A stretch of 64,000 nucleotides of DNA from Bacteroidales bacterium (GTDB taxonomy: Bacteria > Bacteroidota > Bacteroidia > Bacteroidales > UBA12077): contig JANQHR010000052.1 of the NCBI GenBank assembly GCA_028282585.1, positions 32,001 through 96,000 of the forward strand. The letters are read 5' to 3'. A program made the position numbers and the translations under genes. Below the pieces are notes generated by a model. That model was not told the origin of the DNA. It searched no databases and was given only the letters and a program-made list of their open reading frames with translations. Below, one piece after another: positions 19,997 through 28,905 of this stretch (position 1 is the first letter of the stretch; every line of letters begins with the position of its first letter).

Positions 19997-20016
19997 AAAG
20001 GTTGAATATTTTTAAG

Positions 20017-20045
20017 AGTAAGGAATCTTAATAAGATTCCTTACT
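20017..20045. terminator. Hairpin between convergent genes (bidirectional terminator)
   Basis: agtaaggaatctta-a-taagattccttact 14-bp stem. Confidence 0.7.
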
Positions 20046-20046
20046 T

Positions 20047-20940
20047 TTATATTTTATACGCTGATCTTAACTTGTAATCTCCCTTTATAAACCTGGAAAT
20101 TTTCTTCAAGTCTTTTCCTGCACCACATTCATACATATCATTTACACCTAATTCAACTAATTTCTGCATGGTTTTATGCCAGCTTATCTTTTCAGTTAAA
20201 TTAAAAACCAGCTCTTGTTTAATATCTTCTGCGGAAAATATTAAACGTTGATTATAAGTTGAAACTATAGGAACTTGTGGGTCATCAAATTCCAGTTTAT
20301 TTAAAACGGTTTTAAAAGGAATAGCAAACCTTGAAAGGTATTTGGAATGGTAAGGTGTATCTACTGTCAATTCTGCTGCTGTTAAGGCACCTTCCTCCTT
20401 TGACTTTTCCAATAAGATATTGATTTCCTTTTTCAAACCTGCAACAACCAAAGAATGCTCATTATTAACATTGATAATTTCAACTGATAAAGAGCTGGTT
20501 TGTATTAGTTCCTGCACATCTAAATAAGGCAAGCCAATAATAGCTCCCATTCCATATAATCCTGTTTTTGTTAGCTCATATAATAAATGATAGGCATCAA
20601 AAATTAATTTAGCTCCGGTTTCAAATTTTATGGATTTTGAAGAATAAAGAGATGCGTAAACACCCATGCTATATCCGGCCACAAAATCAGGAATAATACT
20701 TTTTTGCTTTAATACATCATAGTAAGTACAACTAAATGTATAAGCTAATAATTGAGAAGTTAATTCTTCTCGAAACAAATCATTTTTATAAGTAAAATCA
20801 GGAAAGTCAATATTGATAGTTTCCGAAATTATTTTTAAGTATTTCGTAGGGTTTAAACCATTATTTCTTAGAAAATCAATTTCTTTTCCTGTAAACTCCG
20901 TTATAAAAGCTGGAAAAATAAATGCCGTTTTGTTTTCCAT
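20047..20940 (-). CDS. FabD-like ACP acyltransferase (divergent)
   Basis: GYSMG nucleophile motif, N...VVAG, PYHS, W...M..L, E.G.G..L. Confidence 0.8.
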   Translation of the reverse strand: MENKTAFIFPAFITEFTGKEIDFLRNNGLNPTKYLKIISETINIDFPDFTYKNDLFREELTSQLLAYTFSCTYYDVLKQKSIIPDFVAGYSMGVYASLYSSKSIKFETGAKLIFDAYHLLYELTKTGLYGMGAIIGLPYLDVQELIQTSSLSVEIINVNNEHSLVVAGLKKEINILLEKSKEEGALTAAELTVDTPYHSKYLSRFAIPFKTVLNKLEFDDPQVPIVSTYNQRLIFSAEDIKQELVFNLTEKISWHKTMQKLVELGVNDMYECGAGKDLKKISRFIKGDYKLRSAYKI

Positions 20941-20943
20941 CTT

Positions 20944-21315
20944 TTACGTTTTTACTAAAACTACCTTAAAAACTGCGTATACATCATTTGATTGTAAACT
21001 TGCAACTATTTTGTTAATTCCAAATTCAGACAAAATATTTTTAACAAGTTCAGATTTAATAATCTTGAAATTTCTTTTATCAGTGAATATAACCTCTATA
21101 TCCTTATAATCAACATCATTACTACTTAAAGCTTTATAAAAAGCTTCTTTAAAACAAAAGCCTTTTAAAAAGGCCTCCTTTCCGAAATATGAATAATTTT
21201 CAATTTCTTTTGCAGTAAAGATATCATATAATAAATCTGATAACTTTCCTTTTTCAAAGTAGTGCTTACTAAAACGATCTACTTCCTCTATATCAATACC
21301 ACAACCGTGAATCAT
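20944..21315 (-). CDS. acpS: AcpS-type 4'-phosphopantetheinyl transferase
   Basis: GCGIDIEE..RF, IFT..E, FCFKEAFYKA. Confidence 0.85.
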   Translation of the reverse strand: MIHGCGIDIEEVDRFSKHYFEKGKLSDLLYDIFTAKEIENYSYFGKEAFLKGFCFKEAFYKALSSNDVDYKDIEVIFTDKRNFKIIKSELVKNILSEFGINKIVASLQSNDVYAVFKVVLVKT

Positions 21316-21329
21316 CAGAACAGTGTACT

Positions 21330-21632
21330 CTAAAGATCTAAGATATTGTTTTCGTGTTCAATAATAAGCATTTGCATATCTATTAACTCGCCGATAGTTT
21401 TTACAGGGTTTTTCACTGCATATTTACCAATAGTCTTCAATTCGATATTTAAGCTATATTTCTTTTTAAATATTTCTATTAACTCAAGAAACATCAATGA
21501 ATCTCCATCCAAGTCGCCAATAATATTCGATTTCTCTGATATCTCACTTACCTCAACTTCACATTCCTCAGCAAAAAATTCCAACACGATCTCTTTTACT
21601 TCACTCCTGGTACTTTCTGTAATTTGGGCCAT
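21330..21632 (-). CDS. Acyl carrier protein
   Basis: Acidic 100 aa, DLDGDSL phosphopantetheine site. Confidence 0.85.
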   Translation of the reverse strand: MAQITESTRSEVKEIVLEFFAEECEVEVSEISEKSNIIGDLDGDSLMFLELIEIFKKKYSLNIELKTIGKYAVKNPVKTIGELIDMQMLIIEHENNILDL

Positions 21633-21640
21633 ATATATTG

Positions 21641-22018
21641 TTATTCTGTTATTAACTTATTAACTTCTTCTTTTGTAAGTTCTTGCCATTGTGGATTATC
21701 AAATTTTCCTTCGGTTATATCAAAACGTACCCTGAAAAAAGATTCGTGGTTAAAAGATAATTTGGTCTTTTTATCGGGTGTATGTTCGATATAAATTAAT
21801 TGGTTGTAATTAACCTCATATTTATCGCAAATCTGCTTTGCCAATTTTGTATTCCACTCTGTAATTGATGTTCCCGGGTTTTCTTCAAATAAATCCGTTG
21901 CAATTACAATGGTTTGGTTTGTTTTTTTTACGATTTTTAGCCCACAAATTGAAGGCACATCCCACAATCCTTTAAAATGATAAATTTGGTCTTGATAATT
22001 ATCTACTTTAGGTTTCAT
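21641..22018 (-). CDS. Hypothetical protein
   Basis: Operonic ORF with NPGTSIT and IEH motifs; ATG 22018 preferred. Confidence 0.6.
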   Translation of the reverse strand: MKPKVDNYQDQIYHFKGLWDVPSICGLKIVKKTNQTIVIATDLFEENPGTSITEWNTKLAKQICDKYEVNYNQLIYIEHTPDKKTKLSFNHESFFRVRFDITEGKFDNPQWQELTKEEVNKLITE

Positions 22019-22031
22019 TTTAAAACAATTA

Positions 22032-23306
22032 TTAAGCAATTTTATGTTTTACATTCTTACCAAAACTGGTTTTAGACAAATCTTGCCTTCTCTTTCTAAA
22101 TGTACCATCTTCTACCTCTCTTGAAACCACTTTCTTAAGTAATTTAAACATTTTCTCTTCTTGAGTTTCATCTTTGTAGAAGGTATCCCACGCATATTGG
22201 TATAACTCCTGTAACCTTTCGGCACTCATATGCTTAGGATGGTATACCACCTGCCCGGCATTGTAATCGTTCCAGTTTTTGTTGAAAATACGGTTCTGCT
22301 TTACAAGGTCATTATATGCCTTTGTATGAGGGAATGGTGCTAAAACAGTAAACTCCGCTAAATCTAAATCAATCTCTAACAAGAAATCAATTAATCGTTT
22401 AATATCATCTTCTGTTTGGTTATCAAGCCCTAACAAAATAGTTCCCTCCACTCCGATTCCATAATCATGATATTGCTTCACCCGGTTTTTTATATAATCG
22501 GATGTATCAAATACAGCTTGGTAAACATACCATGCACCAGCCTGGGCAGCTAAATCTAACACCTCTGGTTTATCTTCGATGGTATGACTACACCATTTTT
22601 TCTTCAACGGAATCATAGCTTTAAATAAGTCTTTTTCCCACTGCGTATCTTGCGCAAGTGAATTATCTACGATAAATAACCTATTGTTATCTATTGTTTC
22701 TAATTCTTCTATTGCTTTATCAATTGGCCTGGGCCTAAATTGTCGTCCACCTAAATATGAAACTGCACAAGGATAGCAGCTATACTTACAACCACGAGAT
22801 GCGTGGAATAAATCTACCATTTGAACGCCTTTATGATAGTATAGGTCTCTGTTATATAATTCACGTCTTGCCGGCCCTACGATTTCAATTGGAGGTAAAT
22901 CATTCATATGGTTATATACCTTTTTCAACTCACCATTCTTAAAATCTTTAAAAACTTGATCCATATGCCCTTCGGCCTCGCCTAAGAAAACGGAGTCGGC
23001 GTGTTCCATGGTTTCTTCTGCGTGCAACATAGAAGCAATGCCTCCAAAAATAACTTTTTTGCCGCGTTTTCTATACTCATCGGCTATTGCCCACCCACGT
23101 TTTATTTGAGTAGTTAACAACATAGAAATACCAACGAAGTCAACATCATCATCAAAACGCATTTCTTCTAAATTCTCGTCAATAAATTCTACCTCAAAAT
23201 CCTCTGGTATAGTTGCTGCAAAAACAATTGCCCCATGAGGCGGCAAGTTAAAAGTTGTTTGCCCCTCAAGCTTTCTCCATTTTGGAAATACTAATTGAAA
23301 TTTCAT
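22032..23306 (-). CDS. B12-binding radical SAM protein
   Basis: DEN, VIFGG, GEAE; ASRGCKYSCYPC; PFPHT. Confidence 0.9.
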   Translation of the reverse strand: MKFQLVFPKWRKLEGQTTFNLPPHGAIVFAATIPEDFEVEFIDENLEEMRFDDDVDFVGISMLLTTQIKRGWAIADEYRKRGKKVIFGGIASMLHAEETMEHADSVFLGEAEGHMDQVFKDFKNGELKKVYNHMNDLPPIEIVGPARRELYNRDLYYHKGVQMVDLFHASRGCKYSCYPCAVSYLGGRQFRPRPIDKAIEELETIDNNRLFIVDNSLAQDTQWEKDLFKAMIPLKKKWCSHTIEDKPEVLDLAAQAGAWYVYQAVFDTSDYIKNRVKQYHDYGIGVEGTILLGLDNQTEDDIKRLIDFLLEIDLDLAEFTVLAPFPHTKAYNDLVKQNRIFNKNWNDYNAGQVVYHPKHMSAERLQELYQYAWDTFYKDETQEEKMFKLLKKVVSREVEDGTFRKRRQDLSKTSFGKNVKHKIA

Positions 23307-23361
23307 ATGCTATTTTTGGTTTTCTGCTTGTTTTATCGGATAAAAGTATCAAAAAAATATA

Positions 23362-24450
23362 CTATTCCAAACTATAATTTTTCTGCTCCATCCACCCCTT
23401 TAGGATATTGTTGATTTCCAGCCTATCTGCTTCCGGAATTGTGTATTTATTTTTTTGGTAATTCATTACCGAAATAAGGAATTCTTTTATTTGTTTCTCA
23501 AATTGTTCAGAAAATTCAACATTAAAGTGTTTATATAATTGCTTTAATTCCTTTAAAGGATCCTTTTCCAAATCCTCGAACTTTAATTCATAATACCTAT
23601 CATTTGGTAAAACTTTAGAATCATCCTCTAATTTGTTTACCATCAAATTAAGCACCTCGCTTACATCTTTAGTTGTTGGTTTTACCCACTTGTTATTCAT
23701 AGCATTTTGCGTGCCAACAATATCCCACATTCGCACAGTTGATGGCACAACTTTATAAGGATGCCTTATAATATGGATATACCGGGCTTTTGGAAAAATT
23801 TCATTTAAAACTTCTAACCTTAACGAATGAAAAGGATTTTTGATTAATATGGTTTTATTATTGCCAAGTGTTAACTTTTTATAAAAATAGATAAGTGCCT
23901 CTTTCCATTCTTTTAATTTTTCACCATACGGTAAAAATCCAGGAAAATCATTTAAAAAATATGTTTTCTTTTTAGGAAAAATAACTCTTTCCAATGGAGA
24001 ATAACCGGAAATCCTAAATAAGGCATACTCATCCTCAAGGGGCTCATCCATGCTTAACTTAACCTGGTCCATAGGCCTTGTTCCTTTTAAAGCTCTTCCC
24101 ATAATAGGTTCATAAGATTTTCTGGATGTTAAAAAGCTATCAGGAATTGACCCCTGAAAAACATTGGATGTAACCAAGTTTGAGTCAAGAGCTAAAAGTT
24201 GGTGTAAAAAAGTACTTCCTGTTCGCCAATGGCCTACTATAATAATTGGGTCTTCAGCTAATATGTGTGTCTCTATTTTATCTTTATAGATTGATATTTC
24301 TTTTCGGTGAAAAATAGAAGCCCAAATACCATTCTGAAAAAGAAATAAAAATCTTACCAAATACTTTGGACGTATAGCTATTCCATTTTTCAGAAGTAAT
24401 TTTATGAACCTGGAGAGCCTCATCCCCGCTATCAGGTAAGCACTTTTCAT
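23362..24450 (-). CDS. PAPS-dependent sulfotransferase family protein
   Basis: 5'-PSB-like PIIIVGHWRTGSTFL, LIKNP, 3'-PB-like HIIRHPY.VV.S, FEDL..DP. Confidence 0.85.
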   Translation of the reverse strand: MKSAYLIAGMRLSRFIKLLLKNGIAIRPKYLVRFLFLFQNGIWASIFHRKEISIYKDKIETHILAEDPIIIVGHWRTGSTFLHQLLALDSNLVTSNVFQGSIPDSFLTSRKSYEPIMGRALKGTRPMDQVKLSMDEPLEDEYALFRISGYSPLERVIFPKKKTYFLNDFPGFLPYGEKLKEWKEALIYFYKKLTLGNNKTILIKNPFHSLRLEVLNEIFPKARYIHIIRHPYKVVPSTVRMWDIVGTQNAMNNKWVKPTTKDVSEVLNLMVNKLEDDSKVLPNDRYYELKFEDLEKDPLKELKQLYKHFNVEFSEQFEKQIKEFLISVMNYQKNKYTIPEADRLEINNILKGWMEQKNYSLE

Positions 24451-24489
24451 CTGCTAATTTGGTTCGGAATTTAAATTCAAGAATTTCAA

Positions 24490-24765
24490 TTATTCTGATT
24501 TACTTTTAATAAAATCTGCAATAGAATTTACATTCTTCAAAACTTCGCGAGCAAGGTTTTGGTCATCAATGCGTACCTTAAAATCGCGTTGCACTGCCAT
24601 AACAAGCTCTATTGCATCAATTGAGTCTAATCCTAAAGTATTTTCTCCTCCGAAAAGTGGTAAATCATCCTCAATGTCCTCTGGCGTAACGTCTTGCATA
24701 TTTAAAGTCTCAACGATCATTTTTTTAATATCCGCCTTCAAATCAGTACCAATATTTTCTCCCAT
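24490..24765 (-). CDS. Acyl carrier protein (aryl-polyene type)
   Basis: PLFG..LGLDSIDAIEL. Confidence 0.9.
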   Translation of the reverse strand: MGENIGTDLKADIKKMIVETLNMQDVTPEDIEDDLPLFGGENTLGLDSIDAIELVMAVQRDFKVRIDDQNLAREVLKNVNSIADFIKSKSE

Positions 24766-24777
24766 TCTTATCTTTTA

Positions 24778-25791
24778 TTAAATATTATTTACTACTAATT
24801 TAAGTTCTTTATAAAACGCTTCTTCAGCATCTGCTCTTTCATTAATCATCTGGCCAAGTTCTTGAAGTTTTTCAGGGCCTAAGTCCCTATTCTTTCCTAT
24901 CTTGGCTGCAAAGTAAGAAATATTTCTCCAACCATCTCCAATTTCCATCATCTTTTTTGACATATCCTCTAATCCTTTACTTTGAAGTATTTCGGAAGCT
25001 TGCCTGAGGAAAGTTGCATATAAAAATCTAAATCCACCTCCACCGGTTCCTTGGTCCTCAAGAAATACATTAATTTTCATTATTTCATGCGAAAGATGGT
25101 CAATATCTCTGGTTAATTTAGGCCAGCCTTGCAATTTTTTTGCAAAAGTTCTAATACCCCGTACTCCGATAAACGGTGGTTGTATCCCGATCATATTATT
25201 AATGGTATTCTTTAATGCAATCGGAATTAGCTTATAGTAATCAACGCTTTCCGGAACAGACTCAATGTAATATCTAAATCCTTTTGGTGCTAAATAACCA
25301 CCTGCAAATCTTGCTTTTCTGAGATTATCTTTATGAATTTTTGCTAATTTAGGAAAGTAACTATCACTAACTAAATATTCATCATCTTCTTTTCCTACAA
25401 TTGTTATAAAATGTATATTAGCATGAACCCTTTCCCATTGTGGAATATAATCCATATAGTAAAAATCAACCTGGCATGCCACTGGAATATTCTTTGAAAT
25501 CAGTTGATCTAACTCTTGTTCTGCCTCATCCTGACTTTTGAAACGCTTTATATTGAATTTAATATCAGTTCGTTTTGCAATCTTTTTTCTAAGCTTACCT
25601 GGTTTTGTTCTTAAAATAAACATCGGAAAATTTAAGTTGGGAGTATGGTTTAAATATCCAAAATACAATCCGCTTCCAAGTCCAAACATCATTGGTTCTG
25701 TAACTTCCAGACCTTTATGTTTTAATAATGCTGTTAAGGTACCGGACTCGCAATGAGCCGCCATATTGTGGTTAAAAGAATCTATAATCAT
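24778..25791 (-). CDS. BtrH-like (papain-fold N-domain + DUF4872-like) protein, copy 1
   Basis: HCESG, E.M.FGLGSG, H..I.G, SD, GTGGGGFRFLYA.FL. Confidence 0.85.
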   Translation of the reverse strand: MIIDSFNHNMAAHCESGTLTALLKHKGLEVTEPMMFGLGSGLYFGYLNHTPNLNFPMFILRTKPGKLRKKIAKRTDIKFNIKRFKSQDEAEQELDQLISKNIPVACQVDFYYMDYIPQWERVHANIHFITIVGKEDDEYLVSDSYFPKLAKIHKDNLRKARFAGGYLAPKGFRYYIESVPESVDYYKLIPIALKNTINNMIGIQPPFIGVRGIRTFAKKLQGWPKLTRDIDHLSHEIMKINVFLEDQGTGGGGFRFLYATFLRQASEILQSKGLEDMSKKMMEIGDGWRNISYFAAKIGKNRDLGPEKLQELGQMINERADAEEAFYKELKLVVNNI

Positions 25792-26288
25792 TTTTTATTT
25801 AATTCAATTTTTGTAATTACAACAAATGGATTTTCTGTTCTGGTTTGTTTTAAAACAATAGGTTGCTTTGATTGATCCGTTCCAACTTTATTCTCATTAC
25901 CTTCAATTACGATTGTTTGCAGTAAATTAGAAACAGGAATATCAAATGCATAAGCATACTTTTTCAAATCAGATAATTTAGCTTTTTTAAAACCATCCAC
26001 TTTTTGATGTTGTTTCACCTTTCTAACCGAAACCTTTGTCCTCCTTGATAATTCTACATCACTAAAATCATGAATAGTTTTATAAAAATATATTGGTGTT
26101 ATTTCATTTTTCTTTAACTTTTCAAGCAATGAGTTTCTAAGCTTTACTGTTTTTTCCCAGAAATCGTCAAGATAATTCTTGGATATATAAGAACCAGTTT
26201 GGATTGGTCCATATGAGCCATCTTCTTTTTCAACATACATAATCAACTGTTGTGGCTCAAAATCAATATAAGCATCTTTTTCTTTCAT
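25788..26288 (-). CDS. Small XRE/HTH-like protein paired with BtrH-like gene
   Basis: SPI/TPI.FY, LS......VK.H....F...L..YA..F; paralogous to 33580-33981. Confidence 0.65.
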   Translation of the reverse strand: MKEKDAYIDFEPQQLIMYVEKEDGSYGPIQTGSYISKNYLDDFWEKTVKLRNSLLEKLKKNEITPIYFYKTIHDFSDVELSRRTKVSVRKVKQHQKVDGFKKAKLSDLKKYAYAFDIPVSNLLQTIVIEGNENKVGTDQSKQPIVLKQTRTENPFVVITKIELNKK

Positions 26289-26345
26289 TATAGTTTGTTT
26301 TGAAGGAAATTAGGCACACTAAAATAGTTCAAATAAAGCAATCGC

Positions 26346-26353
26346 CAAAATTA
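26346..26353 (-). promoter_or_regulatory. Bacteroidota -7 promoter element for the leftward tailoring operon
   Basis: TAATTTTG (TAnnTTTG consensus) on minus strand ~60 bp upstream of ATG 26288. Confidence 0.5.
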
Positions 26354-26526
26354 AATAAATTAAACAAATTATAAATTTGATTGTTAATGAAAATATATGG
26401 GCCTTTCAAAAAATTGTGCAAAGTTTTCAACTTTTTACACAATTAAATTTCATGTAATTTTTAGACTATTTGATAAAAATATTCGCTAAAACAAATGGTA
26501 TTCTAAGGAATATTAAAACTATTTAT

Positions 26527-26534
26527 TAAATTTG
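26527..26534 (+). promoter_or_regulatory. Bacteroidota -7 promoter element for the main biosynthetic operon
   Basis: TAAATTTG ~70 bp upstream of ATG 26606. Confidence 0.55.
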
Positions 26535-26605
26535 CATTCTTATAAAAACGGCATAAGAACTAATAGGTTTATTTAAACCACTTTAACGCAAACCAAAGGA
26601 TAGAA

Positions 26606-28147
26606 ATGATTATTATAGGGGGTAAAAATCTTAATCTTGCTGATTTTTACAAAATTCTTTTCGAAGGGGAAAAGATAGATTTGGATGAAGCATCTTTAGA
26701 TAAAGTACAAAAGAATTTTGAATTTCTTGACGAATTTTCTAAAAATAAAGTCATTTACGGTATAAACACTTGTTTTGGGCCAATGGCACAATACAAGATT
26801 AGCGACGAGGACCAAAAAGCATTACAATATAACCTTATTCGCAGCCATGCTGCAGGCTCAGGAGACCCGATTCCTGATATTTACGTAAAAGCTCTGATGA
26901 TTGCCAGGTTAAATACTTTTATGCGTGGTTATTCTGGAGTTCACAAAGAGGTTGTTTTACTTTTAAAAGAATTTATTAATAAAAATATTTACCCAAAAAT
27001 ATTTGAGCACGGTGGCGTTGGAGCTAGTGGCGATTTAGTTCAACTTTCTCATTTAGCTTTAAACTTAATAGGTGAAGGAGAAATTCGCTTTAAAGGAAAG
27101 TTCTACCCGGCAAATGAAGTATTTAAAAAAACCGGTTTAACTCCATTAAAAGTTCATTTAAGAGAAGGTTTAGCATTAATAAATGGTACTTCCTGCATGG
27201 CTGGAATTGGAATAATCAACCTGATTCATGCAAATAACCTTCTAAATTGGGCTGTTGTATCCTCAAGCATAACAAATGAGGTTGTAGAATCTTATGACGA
27301 CCATTTTTCAAAAGAACTAAATGAAGTTAAATTGCATGAAGGGCAAAACCTGATTGCAGCAGAAATGCGTAAAATTGTTGAAACAAGTAAGTTAATAAAA
27401 AAACGTGCCGAACACCTGTATGATAATCATGTTGACGTTGGGGTTATAAAAGATAAAGTGCAGGAGTATTACTCTTTAAGGTGCGTGCCTCAGGTTTTAG
27501 GGCCAATTTATGAAACACTAAAAAATGTAGAAAAGGTTTTAATTAAAGAAGTTAATTCTGTAAACGACAACCCAATAATCGATAATACAAACGTAGATGT
27601 ACTGCATGGTGGCAATTTCCATGGAGATTATGTTTCCCTCGAAATGGATAAACTGAAAATTGTTACAACAAAAATGTCTATGTTAATTGAGAGGCAATTA
27701 AACTACCTGTTTAATCACAAGTTAAATGAGAAGTTTCCTCCGTTTGCTAACCTTGGAGTATTAGGTTTAAACCTTGGCATGCAAGCTGCTCAATTTACGG
27801 CAACTTCAACAACTGCAGAAAATCAAACCTTGTCAAACCCAATGTATGTTCATAGTATTCCAAACAATGGAGATAACCAGGATATTGTAAGTATGGGTAC
27901 TAATGCTGCATTAATGGCTAAAAGAATCGTTGAAAATACTTTTGAGGTTTTAGCTATTAAGTGCATGAGCTTATTGCAAGTTGTTGACTACATGAACTTT
28001 AAAGATAAACTTTCTAGCACATCAAAAGGTTTATATGAGGATTTAAGAAAGATGGTTCCAACAATTGTCGAAGACGAACCTCTTTACCCATATATTGAAA
28101 GTATTAAACAATATTTAATTAATAACAGGCCAAACCGCATAAATTAA
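26606..28147 (+). CDS. MIO-dependent aromatic amino acid ammonia-lyase (flexirubin-cluster tyrosine ammonia-lyase type)
   Basis: GVGASGDL MIO motif, NLIRSH, QEYYSLRC, NDNP, GGNFHG, NQDIVSMG; closely resembles Flavobacterium TAL as recalled. Confidence 0.9.
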   Translation: MIIIGGKNLNLADFYKILFEGEKIDLDEASLDKVQKNFEFLDEFSKNKVIYGINTCFGPMAQYKISDEDQKALQYNLIRSHAAGSGDPIPDIYVKALMIARLNTFMRGYSGVHKEVVLLLKEFINKNIYPKIFEHGGVGASGDLVQLSHLALNLIGEGEIRFKGKFYPANEVFKKTGLTPLKVHLREGLALINGTSCMAGIGIINLIHANNLLNWAVVSSSITNEVVESYDDHFSKELNEVKLHEGQNLIAAEMRKIVETSKLIKKRAEHLYDNHVDVGVIKDKVQEYYSLRCVPQVLGPIYETLKNVEKVLIKEVNSVNDNPIIDNTNVDVLHGGNFHGDYVSLEMDKLKIVTTKMSMLIERQLNYLFNHKLNEKFPPFANLGVLGLNLGMQAAQFTATSTTAENQTLSNPMYVHSIPNNGDNQDIVSMGTNAALMAKRIVENTFEVLAIKCMSLLQVVDYMNFKDKLSSTSKGLYEDLRKMVPTIVEDEPLYPYIESIKQYLINNRPNRIN

Positions 28148-28152
28148 TCTCT

Positions 28153-28881
28153 ATGAAATTTGCATTAGTAACAGGAGGATCAAGAGGAATTGGTAAAGCA
28201 ATTTGTATGGAAATTGCAAAATTAGGGTACCATGTTTTGATTAATTACAGAAATAATACTGAAGAAGCAGAAAATACCTTAAATCAAATTCAAGAGAATG
28301 GCGGTTCCGGTGAGTTAATGAAATTTGATGTTTCTAAACCCGATGAAATTAGGGCTTCAATTGATAAATGGAAAGAAAAAAATCCCGATACAGTAATTGA
28401 AGTTTTAATAAATAACGCTGGAATTAGAAAAGATGCATTAATTATGTGGATGAAAGATGAAGACTGGAAGGGTGTTTTAAATACAAACCTTGATAGTTTT
28501 TATTATATTACAAAACATTTAGTTCAGGATATGATCGTTCATAAATATGGAAGAATTGTTAACATCGTTTCATTATCTGGAATTAAAGGTTTACCAGGGC
28601 AAACAAACTACTCTGCAGCTAAAGGAGGTGTTATTGCTGCAAGTAAAGCATTGGCTCAGGAAGTTGCTAAGAAAAACGTTACGGTAAATTGTGTTGCTCC
28701 TGGATTTATAAAAACAGATATGACCGCAGAACTCGAAGAAAAGGATTTAAAACGTATGATCCCGATGAATAGGTTTGGCAGCGCGGAAGAGGTAGCACAA
28801 GTTGTTTCTTTTCTTGCATCGCCTCAGGCATCCTATGTAACGGGCGAAGTTATATCAGTTAATGGAGGACTTTATACATAA
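28153..28881 (+). CDS. fabG: 3-oxoacyl-ACP reductase
   Basis: TGGSRGIG, NNAGI, NYSAAK, VAPGFI.TDM. Confidence 0.93.
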   Translation: MKFALVTGGSRGIGKAICMEIAKLGYHVLINYRNNTEEAENTLNQIQENGGSGELMKFDVSKPDEIRASIDKWKEKNPDTVIEVLINNAGIRKDALIMWMKDEDWKGVLNTNLDSFYYITKHLVQDMIVHKYGRIVNIVSLSGIKGLPGQTNYSAAKGGVIAASKALAQEVAKKNVTVNCVAPGFIKTDMTAELEEKDLKRMIPMNRFGSAEEVAQVVSFLASPQASYVTGEVISVNGGLYT

Positions 28882-28905
28882 AAAATAATACTGTAATTCA
28901 GGCCT

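Noticed and set aside
26606-28147. Histidine catabolism (hutH) call from the SH specificity motif
   Set aside because: No hutU/I/G nearby; context and resemblance to flexirubin-cluster TAL favour starter-unit supply.
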